Assembly (NCBI GenBank): GCA_963822945.1
Contig: CAWGJO010000020.1
Span: 32,001 to 96,000 of the forward strand
Reading direction: 5' to 3'
Source of the DNA: an uncultured Gemmatimonadaceae bacterium
Lineage (GTDB): Bacteria; Gemmatimonadota; Gemmatimonadetes; Gemmatimonadales; Gemmatimonadaceae
DNA length: 64,000 nucleotides
The notes under the pieces are model-generated. The model saw only the letters and a program-made list of their open reading frames with translations, did not search any database and was not told where the DNA came from. The position numbers were made by a program, and so were the translations under genes. This document shows positions 20,737 to 30,032 of this stretch, one piece after another; positions within the stretch are counted from its first letter, which is position 1, and each line of letters begins with the position of its first letter.

Positions 20737-21789
20737 TCAGTATCCAGCCTCTTTGTCCACGAGATTGCGCAACGTCTCGCCCTGGTCGTACCGCGACCAG
20801 TTGTCCACGAACAACGAGAGCTGGCGGGGCCAGAATCGGAGCGGGGAAACAGCCGAAACGTGCGGGGTCAGCAGCGCCGATCGAAGCGGCCAGAGCGGGC
20901 TCGAAGGCGCCAGGGGTTCCTGCGAAAAGACGTCCAGCACGGCGCCGCGTAACCGTCCATCGGCCAGCCGTTCCGCGAGCGCGCCCTCGTCCACCAGCGC
21001 CCCGCGCGCCACGTTCACCACGATCGCCTGCCGGGGGAGCAGATCGAGCCGGGCGGCATTCAGCAGCCCGCCCGTCCGGGGCGTCATCGGAGCCGCCACC
21101 ACCACCACGTCCGCGTCCCGCAGTTCGGCCTCGAGCGCATCGGGCCCCGCCACACGCGCGAAGCCCCGCGGCGTGCCCAGCTCCGGGCGCCGCCGGATGC
21201 CGACGCACACCGCGCCGAGCGCCTGGAAGCGCGTCGCAACCTCCGACCCGATGCCGCCGGCGCCGATCACCAGCACGCGGACGTCGGCCACCTCGCGCAG
21301 CGGCGAGTCGCCCGAGACGAAGAACGACTTGCTCCACCGGCTCGACCGCTGCTGGTCCACCGCCACGTCCAGACCGCGCAGGAAGTGCATCACGCCCGCG
21401 AGCACCGACTCGGCGATGGGCGGACCGTGCACGCCGGCCGAATTCGTGAGCAGCACGTCACTCGCCACCATCTCCGGAAACAGCAGGCTGCCCATGCCCG
21501 CGGTGGCGGAGTGCACCCAGCGCAGCTTCGGGGCGGCCACGAACAGCGGACGCGAGATGCCGAACCCGAAGTAGGCCTCCGCTCCCGCGATCGCGGCCAG
21601 CGCCTCGGCGCTCGGCGCCGGCGACCCGTCGCCGTCGGAGATCGTGGCCGCCCGCACGAACGACACGCGCCAACCGGGCGGCGCCGCCTGGCGGATCGTC
21701 GCCTCGCCCTCCGGCTTCAGGGCCCAGTTCCGGGAGGTGGAGGCCAGATCCACCACGAGCAACCGGTCGGCACGCGTCGTGGCGGACAT
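20737..21789 (-). CDS. D-2-hydroxyacid dehydrogenase
   Basis: LRWVHS, GAGGIG, VNVARG, LDVF..EPL, TPHVS. Confidence 0.92.
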   Translation of the reverse strand: MSATTRADRLLVVDLASTSRNWALKPEGEATIRQAAPPGWRVSFVRAATISDGDGSPAPSAEALAAIAGAEAYFGFGISRPLFVAAPKLRWVHSATAGMGSLLFPEMVASDVLLTNSAGVHGPPIAESVLAGVMHFLRGLDVAVDQQRSSRWSKSFFVSGDSPLREVADVRVLVIGAGGIGSEVATRFQALGAVCVGIRRRPELGTPRGFARVAGPDALEAELRDADVVVVAAPMTPRTGGLLNAARLDLLPRQAIVVNVARGALVDEGALAERLADGRLRGAVLDVFSQEPLAPSSPLWPLRSALLTPHVSAVSPLRFWPRQLSLFVDNWSRYDQGETLRNLVDKEAGY

Positions 21790-22772
21790 CAGTCGAGGCC
21801 CATGCGCTCCCGGACTTCGCTCATCGTCTGGCGGGCGATCGCGCGACACGCGGAGGCGCCGGCCGCCAGCACGTCCTCCACCCGCTCCGGTTGCTCGCGC
21901 AATTCCGCGGCCCGCCGGCGAATGGGCACCAGCTCCTGGTCCATCGATTCCAGCAGCGTCTGCTTGCAGTCGATGCATCCCCAACCGGCGGTCGTGCACT
22001 GCTCGTACACGTGCTTCACCGTGTCTGGCGCACTGAACGCCTTGTGCAGATGGTAGATGTTGCAGACGTCCGGGTGCCCGGGGTCGGTGCGCCGCACGCG
22101 CGCCGGGTCGGTGACCGCCGGCCGGAGTTTGGCCCAGATCTCTTCTCTGGACTCCAGCAGCCCGATCGTGTTGCCCATCGACTTGGACATCTTCGCCTGT
22201 CCGTCCAGGCCCATGATGCGCCGAGTGGGCGTGAGCACCGCCTGCGGCTCGGGGAAGTAGTCCTCATCGCGCGAGAACGCCGCGTTCCAGCGGCGGGCGA
22301 TGACGCGCGACAGTTCGAGATGCTGCACCTGGTCCTCGCCCACGGGCACGAGATCGGCCCGGTACAGCAGGATGTCCGCTGCTTGCAGCACGGGATAGTT
22401 GAGCAGGCCGGCGTTCACGCTTTCCTGCCGGCTCGCCTTATCTTTGAATTGGGTCTGACGCTCCAACTCGCCCAACGGCGTGATGGTGTTGAGGATCCAT
22501 TGCAACTCGGTGTGCTCCCGTACGGCCGACTGCACATACAGCGTCGCCACCTCGGGATCGATCCCCGCGGCGAGCAGCGACACCGCCATGTCGCGCCGCC
22601 GGGCCCGCAGTACGTCAGGGTCATAAGGCACCGTGATGATCGCGTGGTAGTCCACAATGCAGAAGATCGTCGGGTGCTGGCCCTGGAGCTGGACCCAGTT
22701 CTTCACCGCGCCCAGGTAGTTGCCCAGATGGAGTTCGCCCGAAGGCTGTATGCCGCTGAAAATTCTAGACAT
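21789..22772 (-). CDS. trpS: Tryptophan--tRNA ligase
   Basis: SGIQPSG, HLGNYLGA, YPVLQAADIL, VPVGEDQ, KMSKS. Confidence 0.97.
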   Translation of the reverse strand: MSRIFSGIQPSGELHLGNYLGAVKNWVQLQGQHPTIFCIVDYHAIITVPYDPDVLRARRRDMAVSLLAAGIDPEVATLYVQSAVREHTELQWILNTITPLGELERQTQFKDKASRQESVNAGLLNYPVLQAADILLYRADLVPVGEDQVQHLELSRVIARRWNAAFSRDEDYFPEPQAVLTPTRRIMGLDGQAKMSKSMGNTIGLLESREEIWAKLRPAVTDPARVRRTDPGHPDVCNIYHLHKAFSAPDTVKHVYEQCTTAGWGCIDCKQTLLESMDQELVPIRRRAAELREQPERVEDVLAAGASACRAIARQTMSEVRERMGLD

Positions 22773-22783
22773 TTCGTGAAGCT

Positions 22784-23629
22784 ATGAGTGCACCAGACCC
22801 CTCGCAAGCAACCGAAGCCGCCGACACGTCGCCGCGATCCGACGCGCGCGCACTGCTCGCCACCTGCGTGGCCGCCGCCGTGCGCGGCGGCGAGATCGTG
22901 CGCACCGGCGCCGCCGACCTGTCGCGCCTGACGTGGGACGTGAAATCGCCCGCGGACTTCGTGAGCGACGTCGATCGCGACTCCGAACGCGCCATCGCCG
23001 AGATGGTGCGGGAGCGTCACCCCGACGCGCGCATGGTCGGAGAGGAGATGTCCCCCGATGCGGCCGCCGACCTCTCGGGGCTCGCCTTCGTGGCCGACCC
23101 GCTGGACGGCACGACGAACTTCCTGCACGGCTACCCCTGGTACGCCGTCTCCGTGGCCGCCGTCGTCGACGGCCTCCCGGTGGCGGGCGCCGTGCTCAAC
23201 GCGGCAACCGGCGAGCTGTTCACCGCCACGGCGGGCGGCGGCGCCCGGCGGGCGGGTCAGGCGATCACCGTATCGGCGCTCACCGATCCGCAACGGGCGC
23301 TCATCGGCACCGGCTTCCCGTTCAAGAATCCGGAACTGGTCGCGCCCTACCTCGGCCCCTTCGGCGAGATCACCCGCCGCACGGCCGGTATCCGCCGGGC
23401 AGGCGCCGCCGCGCTCGATCTCGCCGACGTGGCCTGCGGCCGGTTCGACGGCTTCTGGGAGTTGGTCCTGGCGCCCTGGGACGTGGCGGCCGGGCTCCTG
23501 CTCGTGCGCGAGGCGGGGGGCATCGCCACCGACCTGCAGGGGCGCCCCGCCCCCGTGGGCTTCGGTCCCGTGGTGGCCGGCAACCCGGTCATCCACACCT
23601 GGCTTCTCGAACGGCTCGCGAACACCTGA
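22784..23629 (+). CDS. Inositol monophosphatase family protein (SuhB-like)
   Basis: GEE, DPLDGTTNF, RRAGAAALDL, GRFDGFWE, WDVAAG. Confidence 0.93.
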   Translation: MSAPDPSQATEAADTSPRSDARALLATCVAAAVRGGEIVRTGAADLSRLTWDVKSPADFVSDVDRDSERAIAEMVRERHPDARMVGEEMSPDAAADLSGLAFVADPLDGTTNFLHGYPWYAVSVAAVVDGLPVAGAVLNAATGELFTATAGGGARRAGQAITVSALTDPQRALIGTGFPFKNPELVAPYLGPFGEITRRTAGIRRAGAAALDLADVACGRFDGFWELVLAPWDVAAGLLLVREAGGIATDLQGRPAPVGFGPVVAGNPVIHTWLLERLANT

Positions 23630-23823
23630 ACGGGCCGGAACCGTCCCGTCGACGGCGGTCCGAGTGCTGACAATTGAACGACAACTGAACGATGGTGAAC
23701 GCGGACATCGCCGGGTGTGCGGCCACGACCTCCACCGCGACGCCCTATTCGCCCCTCGCTACTTCAACCACTGGAACTCTGCTCGCTCCTTCATCCGCGT
23801 AATCCGCCCCATCCGCTGTTATT

Positions 23824-24010
23824 GTAGTTCCAGGCAGTTGCTGTTGCTGTTGAAGTGCTGTTGTAGTTGTAGTTGTAGTTGTAGTTGCTGTTGCTGTTGC
23901 TGTTGCCGTTGCAGTTGCCGTTGCAGTTGCAGTTGTAGTTGCAGTTGCAGTTGCAGTTGCAGTTGCAGTTGTAGTTGTAGTCCCCATGTTCTTGCAGTTG
24001 CAGTTGCAGT
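23824..24010. repeat. Degenerate hexanucleotide tandem repeat (GTTGYN)n, about 20 contiguous units plus flanking copies
   Basis: GTTGTA, GTTGCT, GTTGCC, GTTGCA units read directly; AT-richer than flanks; intergenic. Confidence 0.92.
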
Positions 24011-24081
24011 TTCTGTGTGTTCTGTGTGCTCTGTGGCCAAACCCCTTGCGCACCGACCCTCGCCCCGATCCCTACCCCGCC

Positions 24082-25605
24082 ATGCGCCTCGTCGAATGTG
24101 TCCCCAATTTCTCTGAAGGCCGCCGCCCGGAAGTGGTCTCCGCCATTCGCGACGCCATCGCCGGCGTCGACGGCGCCACGATCCTCGACGTGTCATCAGA
24201 CGATTCCCACAATCGCAGTGTGATCACCTTCGTCGCCCCACTCGACCGGGCCGTCGATGCCGCGCTCGCCGGCATGCGCGCGGCCCGCGAGCACATCGAC
24301 CTCACCAAGCACACCGGCGAACACCCGCGCATGGGCGCCACCGACGTCGTGCCCTTCATCCCCCTCGAAGGCACCACGATGGAGGACTGCATCGCCCTCG
24401 CCCGCGACCTCGGCGCGCGCGCCGCCGCCGAACTCGAGATCCCGATCTACCTGTACGAACGCGCCGCGGCACGCCCCGAGCGCGAGAACCTCGCCGACGT
24501 GCGCCGCGGACAGTTCGAGGGAATCCGCGACGAGATCGGCAAGCTCGCCGCGCGCAAGCCGGACTTCGGCCCCGAACGCGTGCACCCCACCGCCGGCATC
24601 ACCGCCGTCGGTGCCCGGCCCTTTCTCGTGGCGTACAACGTCTACCTCGGTCCCACCGAGAACCTCCCCGTGGCCAAGCGCGTCGCCAAAGCCGTTCGCG
24701 GATCCTCCGGCGGTCTGCGCTACGTGAAGGGTCTCGGCCTCGAAGTGGACGGGCAGGCGCAGGTCTCGATGAACCTCGTGGACACCGAGAAGACCCCCGT
24801 CCACCGCGCCTTCGACATGGTGAAGATGGAAGCCGAGGCCGAGGGTGTGACGCCCACCTGGAGCGAAATCGTCGGCCTCGTTCCCGAGCGCGCGCTGTTC
24901 GAGACCGCCGCCCACCACCTGCGCCTCCGCGGCTTCACCCCCGAGATGGTGCTCGAGCGGAAGGTGCGCGACGCCGTGGCCGGCGGCATTTCACTGTCGG
25001 GGTTCGTCGGGTCGGTGGCGTCGTCGGCTCCCGTGCCGGGCGGCGGCAGCGTGGCCGCCCACGTGGGCGCGCTCGGCGCCGCGCTCGCCCAGATGGTGGC
25101 CGGCCTCACCGCCGGCCGCAAGAAGTACGCGGCCGTCGACGCCGAGATGCGGGAAGTCGGCCTGCAGGCCGCGGGCCTCGTGCGCGAACTCTCCACGCTC
25201 GTCGATCGCGACGCCGAGTCGTACGCCGCGGTAAGCGCCGCGTACAAGTTGCCGCGCGAGACCGAAGCCGAGACGCGCAAACGGACCGAAGCGATTACCG
25301 CCGCCCTGCTCGGCGCCGCCGACGTGCCCCTCGAATCCGCCCGCGCCTGCGTACGCGTGTGCGAACTGGCCGCCACGGTGGCCGCCAAGGGCAATACCAA
25401 CGCCGTGTCCGACGCCGGCGTCGCCGCCCTGCTCGCCGAAGCGGCCTGCAAGGGCGCCGCCTACAACGTGCGCATCAACGTCTCGTCACTCGACGATCCG
25501 TCGCTGGGCAAGTCGCGGGCCAACGAGGCTGCGGAACTCGTTCGGACAGCCAGCGCGTTTGCCGCCCAGGCCCTCGGCGTGGTGGAGAAGGCGATCGGCG
25601 GCTGA
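24082..25605 (+). CDS. ftcd: Bifunctional glutamate formimidoyltransferase / formimidoyltetrahydrofolate cyclodeaminase
   Basis: VECVPNFSEGR, HNRSV, HPRMGATDVVPF, GARPFLVAYNV, QVSMNL; C-terminal PVPGGGS, NAVSDAGV, NVRIN. Confidence 0.95.
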   Translation: MRLVECVPNFSEGRRPEVVSAIRDAIAGVDGATILDVSSDDSHNRSVITFVAPLDRAVDAALAGMRAAREHIDLTKHTGEHPRMGATDVVPFIPLEGTTMEDCIALARDLGARAAAELEIPIYLYERAAARPERENLADVRRGQFEGIRDEIGKLAARKPDFGPERVHPTAGITAVGARPFLVAYNVYLGPTENLPVAKRVAKAVRGSSGGLRYVKGLGLEVDGQAQVSMNLVDTEKTPVHRAFDMVKMEAEAEGVTPTWSEIVGLVPERALFETAAHHLRLRGFTPEMVLERKVRDAVAGGISLSGFVGSVASSAPVPGGGSVAAHVGALGAALAQMVAGLTAGRKKYAAVDAEMREVGLQAAGLVRELSTLVDRDAESYAAVSAAYKLPRETEAETRKRTEAITAALLGAADVPLESARACVRVCELAATVAAKGNTNAVSDAGVAALLAEAACKGAAYNVRINVSSLDDPSLGKSRANEAAELVRTASAFAAQALGVVEKAIGG

Positions 25606-25630
25606 CTGCCGCCGATCGCCCTTTCCCCCG

Positions 25631-28414
25631 CTACTGCTCGCCGCCGTAGATCCCGTTGAACAGGAACTTGAACGTGCCGTGCGGCTGGCCGCGGAACAGG
25701 ATCTCCGGACCGAACATGTAGAGGTGTCCGCTACCCACCACCGCGGACACGGCGGCCACCCCACCCTGCAGATAGCCCTGCCCCCAGGCCCATCCACTGT
25801 GCAGCGGCGTCGCCGTGTCGAACCAGGCCACGGGCGTCACCCCGCGCATCGCCGCGTCGGGGTTGAGGCGGAACACCGGTGAGTTCTGGAAGAACACGTC
25901 CACGTGGCCGGCCATGCCAGCGCCGAGCACACTCGTGGAGTCCACCGCGGTCGTGAGCAGCGAGCCCGGCACGTAGAACTGCTCGCCGGTCAGCGGGCGT
26001 ACCTCCCCCTGCGGCGTACGCTCCACGAGTTGATTCTCGAGCGGAAGCCCGAGGTCGTACGCGATCCCCGTGGAACTGCCCACAGCGATCACCGTGCCGC
26101 CGTGCTCCATGAACGACTTGAGCTGCGGCACCGTCTGCTGCGCGGTCAGGTTGCCCACCATGTACTGATACTGCGCCGGGATGTCCGCCGTCCGGCCGCC
26201 GCCGAATCCGCGGCCCCCGCGCCCCCGTCCCCCGGCGCCGCCCTGGAACGCCGCGTCCACGAAGATGATCACGTCGTACTTGGCGTTGAGATTTCCGGCG
26301 TCGAGTTCCTTGGGGTAGACGAGCTTGTACGGGAATTCGAACTGCTCGAGTTCGAAGCGCGTCCATCCCGACGGCATCGACCCACCGTACTGATCGTAGA
26401 GCGCGATGCGCTGCGGATGCAGCTTCACCGCGTCCGGGCCCGGCGCCGCCGGAACGCCCGTGAAGCTCACCCCGAGCCGCTGGGCCGCAGTCCGCAGGAT
26501 GGGCTCCGTTCCGCTCGACGCGGCCACGTAGAACGTGCCCGCCGGATAGGTGGTGCCGCCCGCCGACAGCGGGCTCCGCAGCCAGTAGACGTCGGCCTTG
26601 GCCATCAACAACCGGTTGATCACCGTGAACGCGTCGTTCTCGGCGTGGCTGAACACGAACCCGCGGGCGCCGGCGGCGCCGGCGAGCGCGCCGGGCTGCG
26701 GCGTCGCCAGTCCGTCGATCTTCTCGAACGGCCCGGTGAAGGCGTCCAGAATCCGATCGAAGTGGACCCCCATCTGGTAGGCCAGCGTCCAGCCCGCGTT
26801 GTCGTACGGACGGATCGGCGGCCCACCGGGATAGGCGAAGTCGTTCGGATAGTCCTGCGGCTCGAACATGTCGAGCACCTGCGGCCGGAACGCCTGCGCG
26901 GTCTTCACCACGTACGACCCCTTCGGATAGCGCCTGCCGTTCACGGTGAAGTCGGCCGTGGCCCGCAGCACGTCCACGCCGTTGTAGCGCAGGGCATTGA
27001 TGAACCGCGTGACCGTCGGGAAGTCGGGCTGGTCGGCCGGCATGATGTAGCCGCGCGGATCCCGCTGCGCCGGATCGCGCAGGTACTGCTGGAACATGGC
27101 ATCGCTCGCCGCGCCTCCGCGCCCGCGGCCGCCCCGTCCGGCGGCGGCCCCCTGGTTCCCCGGCGCGCGCGCCACGGCCGAGTCCACGGCCGCGATCATC
27201 GTCGGTGTCACCGTCCAACTGTCGCGATTGCCCTTGTCGATCGAGTTCTTTCCCATGCGATAGAGACCGTACAGAAATTCGTCGCGCCGCCGCGACGCGA
27301 TGTCGAGCACGGCGTAGTTGGCGCTCACCATGTAGTCGATGGACTGCCGGAAGTGCCACGCCTGCGGCTCGACGGGAAAGGGCAGGTCGCCGTGCGGCAG
27401 TTGTGCGGCCGGCACGAACGGGATCCGCGTCGGCGTCGGATTGCCGATGGTTTCCGTGAGCAGGCCGATCATGTTGTGGAAGTACACCGAGGTGCGGAGC
27501 CCCCCGTCCCACCAGGTGGAGTAGCTCGACCCCGACCGCATGGTGAATCCCGGCTTGCCCTCCGCCGCGAACCGCGTGTGGATGGCCGAGCCCACCATGT
27601 CGATGTCCATCACGAGCAACGGATCGTACACGTAGTTGAACGGGTCGCGGAACGGCGGGGTGAACACCACCGTGCCCGCGGGACCGGTCTGGTGATGGTT
27701 GTAGACGATGATCGGGTACCACTCCCAGAACATGACCTTCTCGTCGTTCTGCGTTTCCGGGAGGTTGGCCATGTAGAAGTCGCGGTTGTCGTCGTGTCCC
27801 GCGTACTTCTCGTAGAGCCGCGGAATGTTCTCGTTGCGCTTCAGCGAATCGGGCTCCTGCATGTACCAGTTGGCCACCAGCTGCATGCCGTCCGGATTCA
27901 CGTTGGTCAGCAGCACGATGTCGTCGCGCAGAATGCGCATCGTTTCGGGATCCGTGCGCGTCAGCAGATCGTACTCGGTCTGGATGAGTTGATTGGCGCC
28001 GAGCACCTCCGTGGCGTGCAGGCCGCCATCGATCCACACCACCGCCTTGCCCTCGGCCGCCAGTTGGCGGGCCTGGGCGTCGGTGAGTCCTTCGGCCCGC
28101 GCCAGCCGCTGCTCGATCTGCCGGTAGTGTTCGAGGTTCCGGATGTTCTCGGGCGCCGACACGATCAGCGTGTACTGGGCCCGGCCCTCGGCCGTCTTCC
28201 CGATCTCGACGAGCTTGGCCCGGTTCGATTCCCGAGCGATCGTCTTCAGATACGATTCGTACTGGTCGTAGTTCGGCAGCCAGTAGTCGTCGCCGATGGA
28301 ATGGCCGAAGTGCTGCTTGGGCGTGGTGACGTGGCCCTGGGCCTGCGCCACGCCGGCCGTGAGGAGCAGCGGGAGCACGAGGGCGCGGTACAGGCAAGAC
28401 AGGCGCGACCGCAT
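25631..28414 (-). CDS. Secreted M14-family zinc carboxypeptidase-like protein
   Basis: Signal peptide (AGVAQA/Q), GGLHATE (HxxE), NPDG, DDNRD, YNHHQ; RBS GGAGG upstream. Confidence 0.88.
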   Translation of the reverse strand: MRSRLSCLYRALVLPLLLTAGVAQAQGHVTTPKQHFGHSIGDDYWLPNYDQYESYLKTIARESNRAKLVEIGKTAEGRAQYTLIVSAPENIRNLEHYRQIEQRLARAEGLTDAQARQLAAEGKAVVWIDGGLHATEVLGANQLIQTEYDLLTRTDPETMRILRDDIVLLTNVNPDGMQLVANWYMQEPDSLKRNENIPRLYEKYAGHDDNRDFYMANLPETQNDEKVMFWEWYPIIVYNHHQTGPAGTVVFTPPFRDPFNYVYDPLLVMDIDMVGSAIHTRFAAEGKPGFTMRSGSSYSTWWDGGLRTSVYFHNMIGLLTETIGNPTPTRIPFVPAAQLPHGDLPFPVEPQAWHFRQSIDYMVSANYAVLDIASRRRDEFLYGLYRMGKNSIDKGNRDSWTVTPTMIAAVDSAVARAPGNQGAAAGRGGRGRGGAASDAMFQQYLRDPAQRDPRGYIMPADQPDFPTVTRFINALRYNGVDVLRATADFTVNGRRYPKGSYVVKTAQAFRPQVLDMFEPQDYPNDFAYPGGPPIRPYDNAGWTLAYQMGVHFDRILDAFTGPFEKIDGLATPQPGALAGAAGARGFVFSHAENDAFTVINRLLMAKADVYWLRSPLSAGGTTYPAGTFYVAASSGTEPILRTAAQRLGVSFTGVPAAPGPDAVKLHPQRIALYDQYGGSMPSGWTRFELEQFEFPYKLVYPKELDAGNLNAKYDVIIFVDAAFQGGAGGRGRGGRGFGGGRTADIPAQYQYMVGNLTAQQTVPQLKSFMEHGGTVIAVGSSTGIAYDLGLPLENQLVERTPQGEVRPLTGEQFYVPGSLLTTAVDSTSVLGAGMAGHVDVFFQNSPVFRLNPDAAMRGVTPVAWFDTATPLHSGWAWGQGYLQGGVAAVSAVVGSGHLYMFGPEILFRGQPHGTFKFLFNGIYGGEQ

Positions 28415-28493
28415 GGAGGGACCTCCAGGAGGGGACGAGGCCGGCGGCACACCTCCGGGGCGGGCCGCGGGCTGGAAGGGGACTTCTGGAAAA

Positions 28494-29282
28494 CTACGGG
28501 GCGGACGCGTCAACCGCTGGCGCACGGCCCGTGCCGCGCGTCAGCACCAGCGGGCCCGACTCGGTCACCGCCACCGTGTGCTCGAAGTGGGCGGAGCGCG
28601 ACCCGTCGGCGGTCACGATGGTCCACCCGTCCGAGAGCGTCTTCACGGCGTGCCCGCCCACGTTGACCATCGGTTCGATGGCGATCGTGAGGCCGGGCAT
28701 CAGCTTCGTGCCGCGGTGCGGCTTTCCGAAGTTGGGCACCTGCGGATCCTCGTGCATCGCCGCGCCCACGCCGTGTCCCACCAGTTCGCGCACCACGCCG
28801 TAGCCGGCGGCCTCGACCACCGCCTGAACCGCCGCCCCGATGTCTCCCACCTGGTTCCCCGGCTGTGCCGCCGCGATGCCCGCCTCGAGCGATGCCTGCG
28901 TCACCTCCAGCAGGCGCTCCGTCTCGGCGTCCACCACGCCTACCGGCACCGTCATCGCCGAATCGGTGAACAGCCCGCGATAGCCCACCCCCACGTCGAG
29001 CGACACGATGTCGCCCTCCTGGAGCACGCGCTTCTTCGACGGGATGCCGTGGACGATCTCCTCGTTGATCGACGAGCAGATGCTGCCCGGAAATCCGTAG
29101 AGCCCCTTGAACGCAGGCGTGGCGCCCTCGTGGCTCCGGATGAACTCCTCGGCCACCCGGTCCAGGTCGAGCGTCGAGATCCCGGGGCGCACGGCCTCCC
29201 GGAGGGTGTCCAGCGTGGCGGCGAGGATCTTGCCGCCGTGCACCATCAGTTCGAGCTCACGGGCCGACTTCAGCTTGATCAC
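28494..29282 (-). CDS. map: Type I methionine aminopeptidase
   Basis: CSSINEEIVHGIP, GDIVSLDVG, DSA, GHGVG, HEDP, AIEPM, SAHFEHT. Confidence 0.96.
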   Translation of the reverse strand: MIKLKSARELELMVHGGKILAATLDTLREAVRPGISTLDLDRVAEEFIRSHEGATPAFKGLYGFPGSICSSINEEIVHGIPSKKRVLQEGDIVSLDVGVGYRGLFTDSAMTVPVGVVDAETERLLEVTQASLEAGIAAAQPGNQVGDIGAAVQAVVEAAGYGVVRELVGHGVGAAMHEDPQVPNFGKPHRGTKLMPGLTIAIEPMVNVGGHAVKTLSDGWTIVTADGSRSAHFEHTVAVTESGPLVLTRGTGRAPAVDASAP

Positions 29283-29920
29283 CGGCCTCGCCCCAGCGCG
29301 TCCAGCGCCCGCGCCGTCACCGCGTCCACGGTGCCCGTGGCGTCCACCGTGGCCACGTGGGTGCCGTGTGTGCGGTACCACTCGAACACCGGCGCCGTCT
29401 GCCGTTCGAACACCGCCAGGCGGTTCCGGATGGCCTCCGGCTCGTCGTCCTTGCGCCGCACGAGCTTGCCGCCGCACTTGGCGCAGGCGTCGCCCACCGC
29501 CCCCGACATGTACGGCGTCTGGCATCCGGCGCAGACCAGGCGGCTGCTCAGCCGGCGCACGATCTCGTCGTTGGCGACGTCGAAGTCGAGCACCGCGTCC
29601 ACCTGGCGCCCCAGGCTGGCCAGCGCGTCGCGCAGGCCCTCGGCCTGCGGCACCGTGCGCACCACGCCGTCGAGGATCACGCCCTTCGCGTACGCCGGCG
29701 CCGACAGCGTCTCACGCACGATGCCGAGAATCACGTCGTCGGGCACGAGGGCGCCGCGGTCCATGAAGTCCTTGGCCCTGAGGCCGAGCGGGGTTCCCGC
29801 CTGGGCCGCGGCACGCAGCACGTCGCCCGTGGCCAGCGTCGGCACGTGCAGCGCCTCCGCCAGGCGCGGCGCCTGGGTTCCCTTGCCCGCTCCGGGCTTT
29901 CCGAAGAGTACGATGTTCAT
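29279..29920 (-). CDS. adk: Adenylate kinase with zinc-binding LID
   Basis: GKPGAGKGTQ, TGDVLR, LVPDD, LDG..RT..QA, CxxC..CxxC, RKDD. Confidence 0.96.
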   Translation of the reverse strand: MNIVLFGKPGAGKGTQAPRLAEALHVPTLATGDVLRAAAQAGTPLGLRAKDFMDRGALVPDDVILGIVRETLSAPAYAKGVILDGVVRTVPQAEGLRDALASLGRQVDAVLDFDVANDEIVRRLSSRLVCAGCQTPYMSGAVGDACAKCGGKLVRRKDDEPEAIRNRLAVFERQTAPVFEWYRTHGTHVATVDATGTVDAVTARALDALGRGR

Positions 29921-29963
29921 GATACGAAGGATGACACAGAAGCGCCCCGAGGGGAATGGAACG

Positions 29964-29997
29964 AAAACCCCCGGCACGTCGAGGCGTGTACCGGGGG
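29964..29997 (-). terminator. Terminator-like hairpin downstream of secY
   Basis: Minus strand CCCCCGG..CACG/CGTG-CCGGGGG followed by TTTTCG. Confidence 0.6.
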
Positions 29998-30032
29998 ATT
30001 CGCATGCATGGTCGTCTACGATCCGGCCGGCG

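Noticed and set aside
23824..24010. Possible CRISPR array
   Set aside because: Period is 6 bp with no unique spacers and no cas genes.
23745..24196. ORFs encoding TATATA, LQLQLQ or CSCSCS tracts
   Set aside because: Translations of the hexamer repeat in different frames; no RBS or domain; one overlaps FTCD antisense. Coding cannot be fully excluded without Ribo-seq.
25904..28666. 920-aa plus-strand ORF and similar long antisense or alternate-frame ORFs (11639..13237, 14654..16969, 19661..21574, 39156..41456, 43155..45155)
   Set aside because: Shadow ORFs of well-supported genes, with R/A/G/P/H-rich composition typical of GC-rich non-coding frames.
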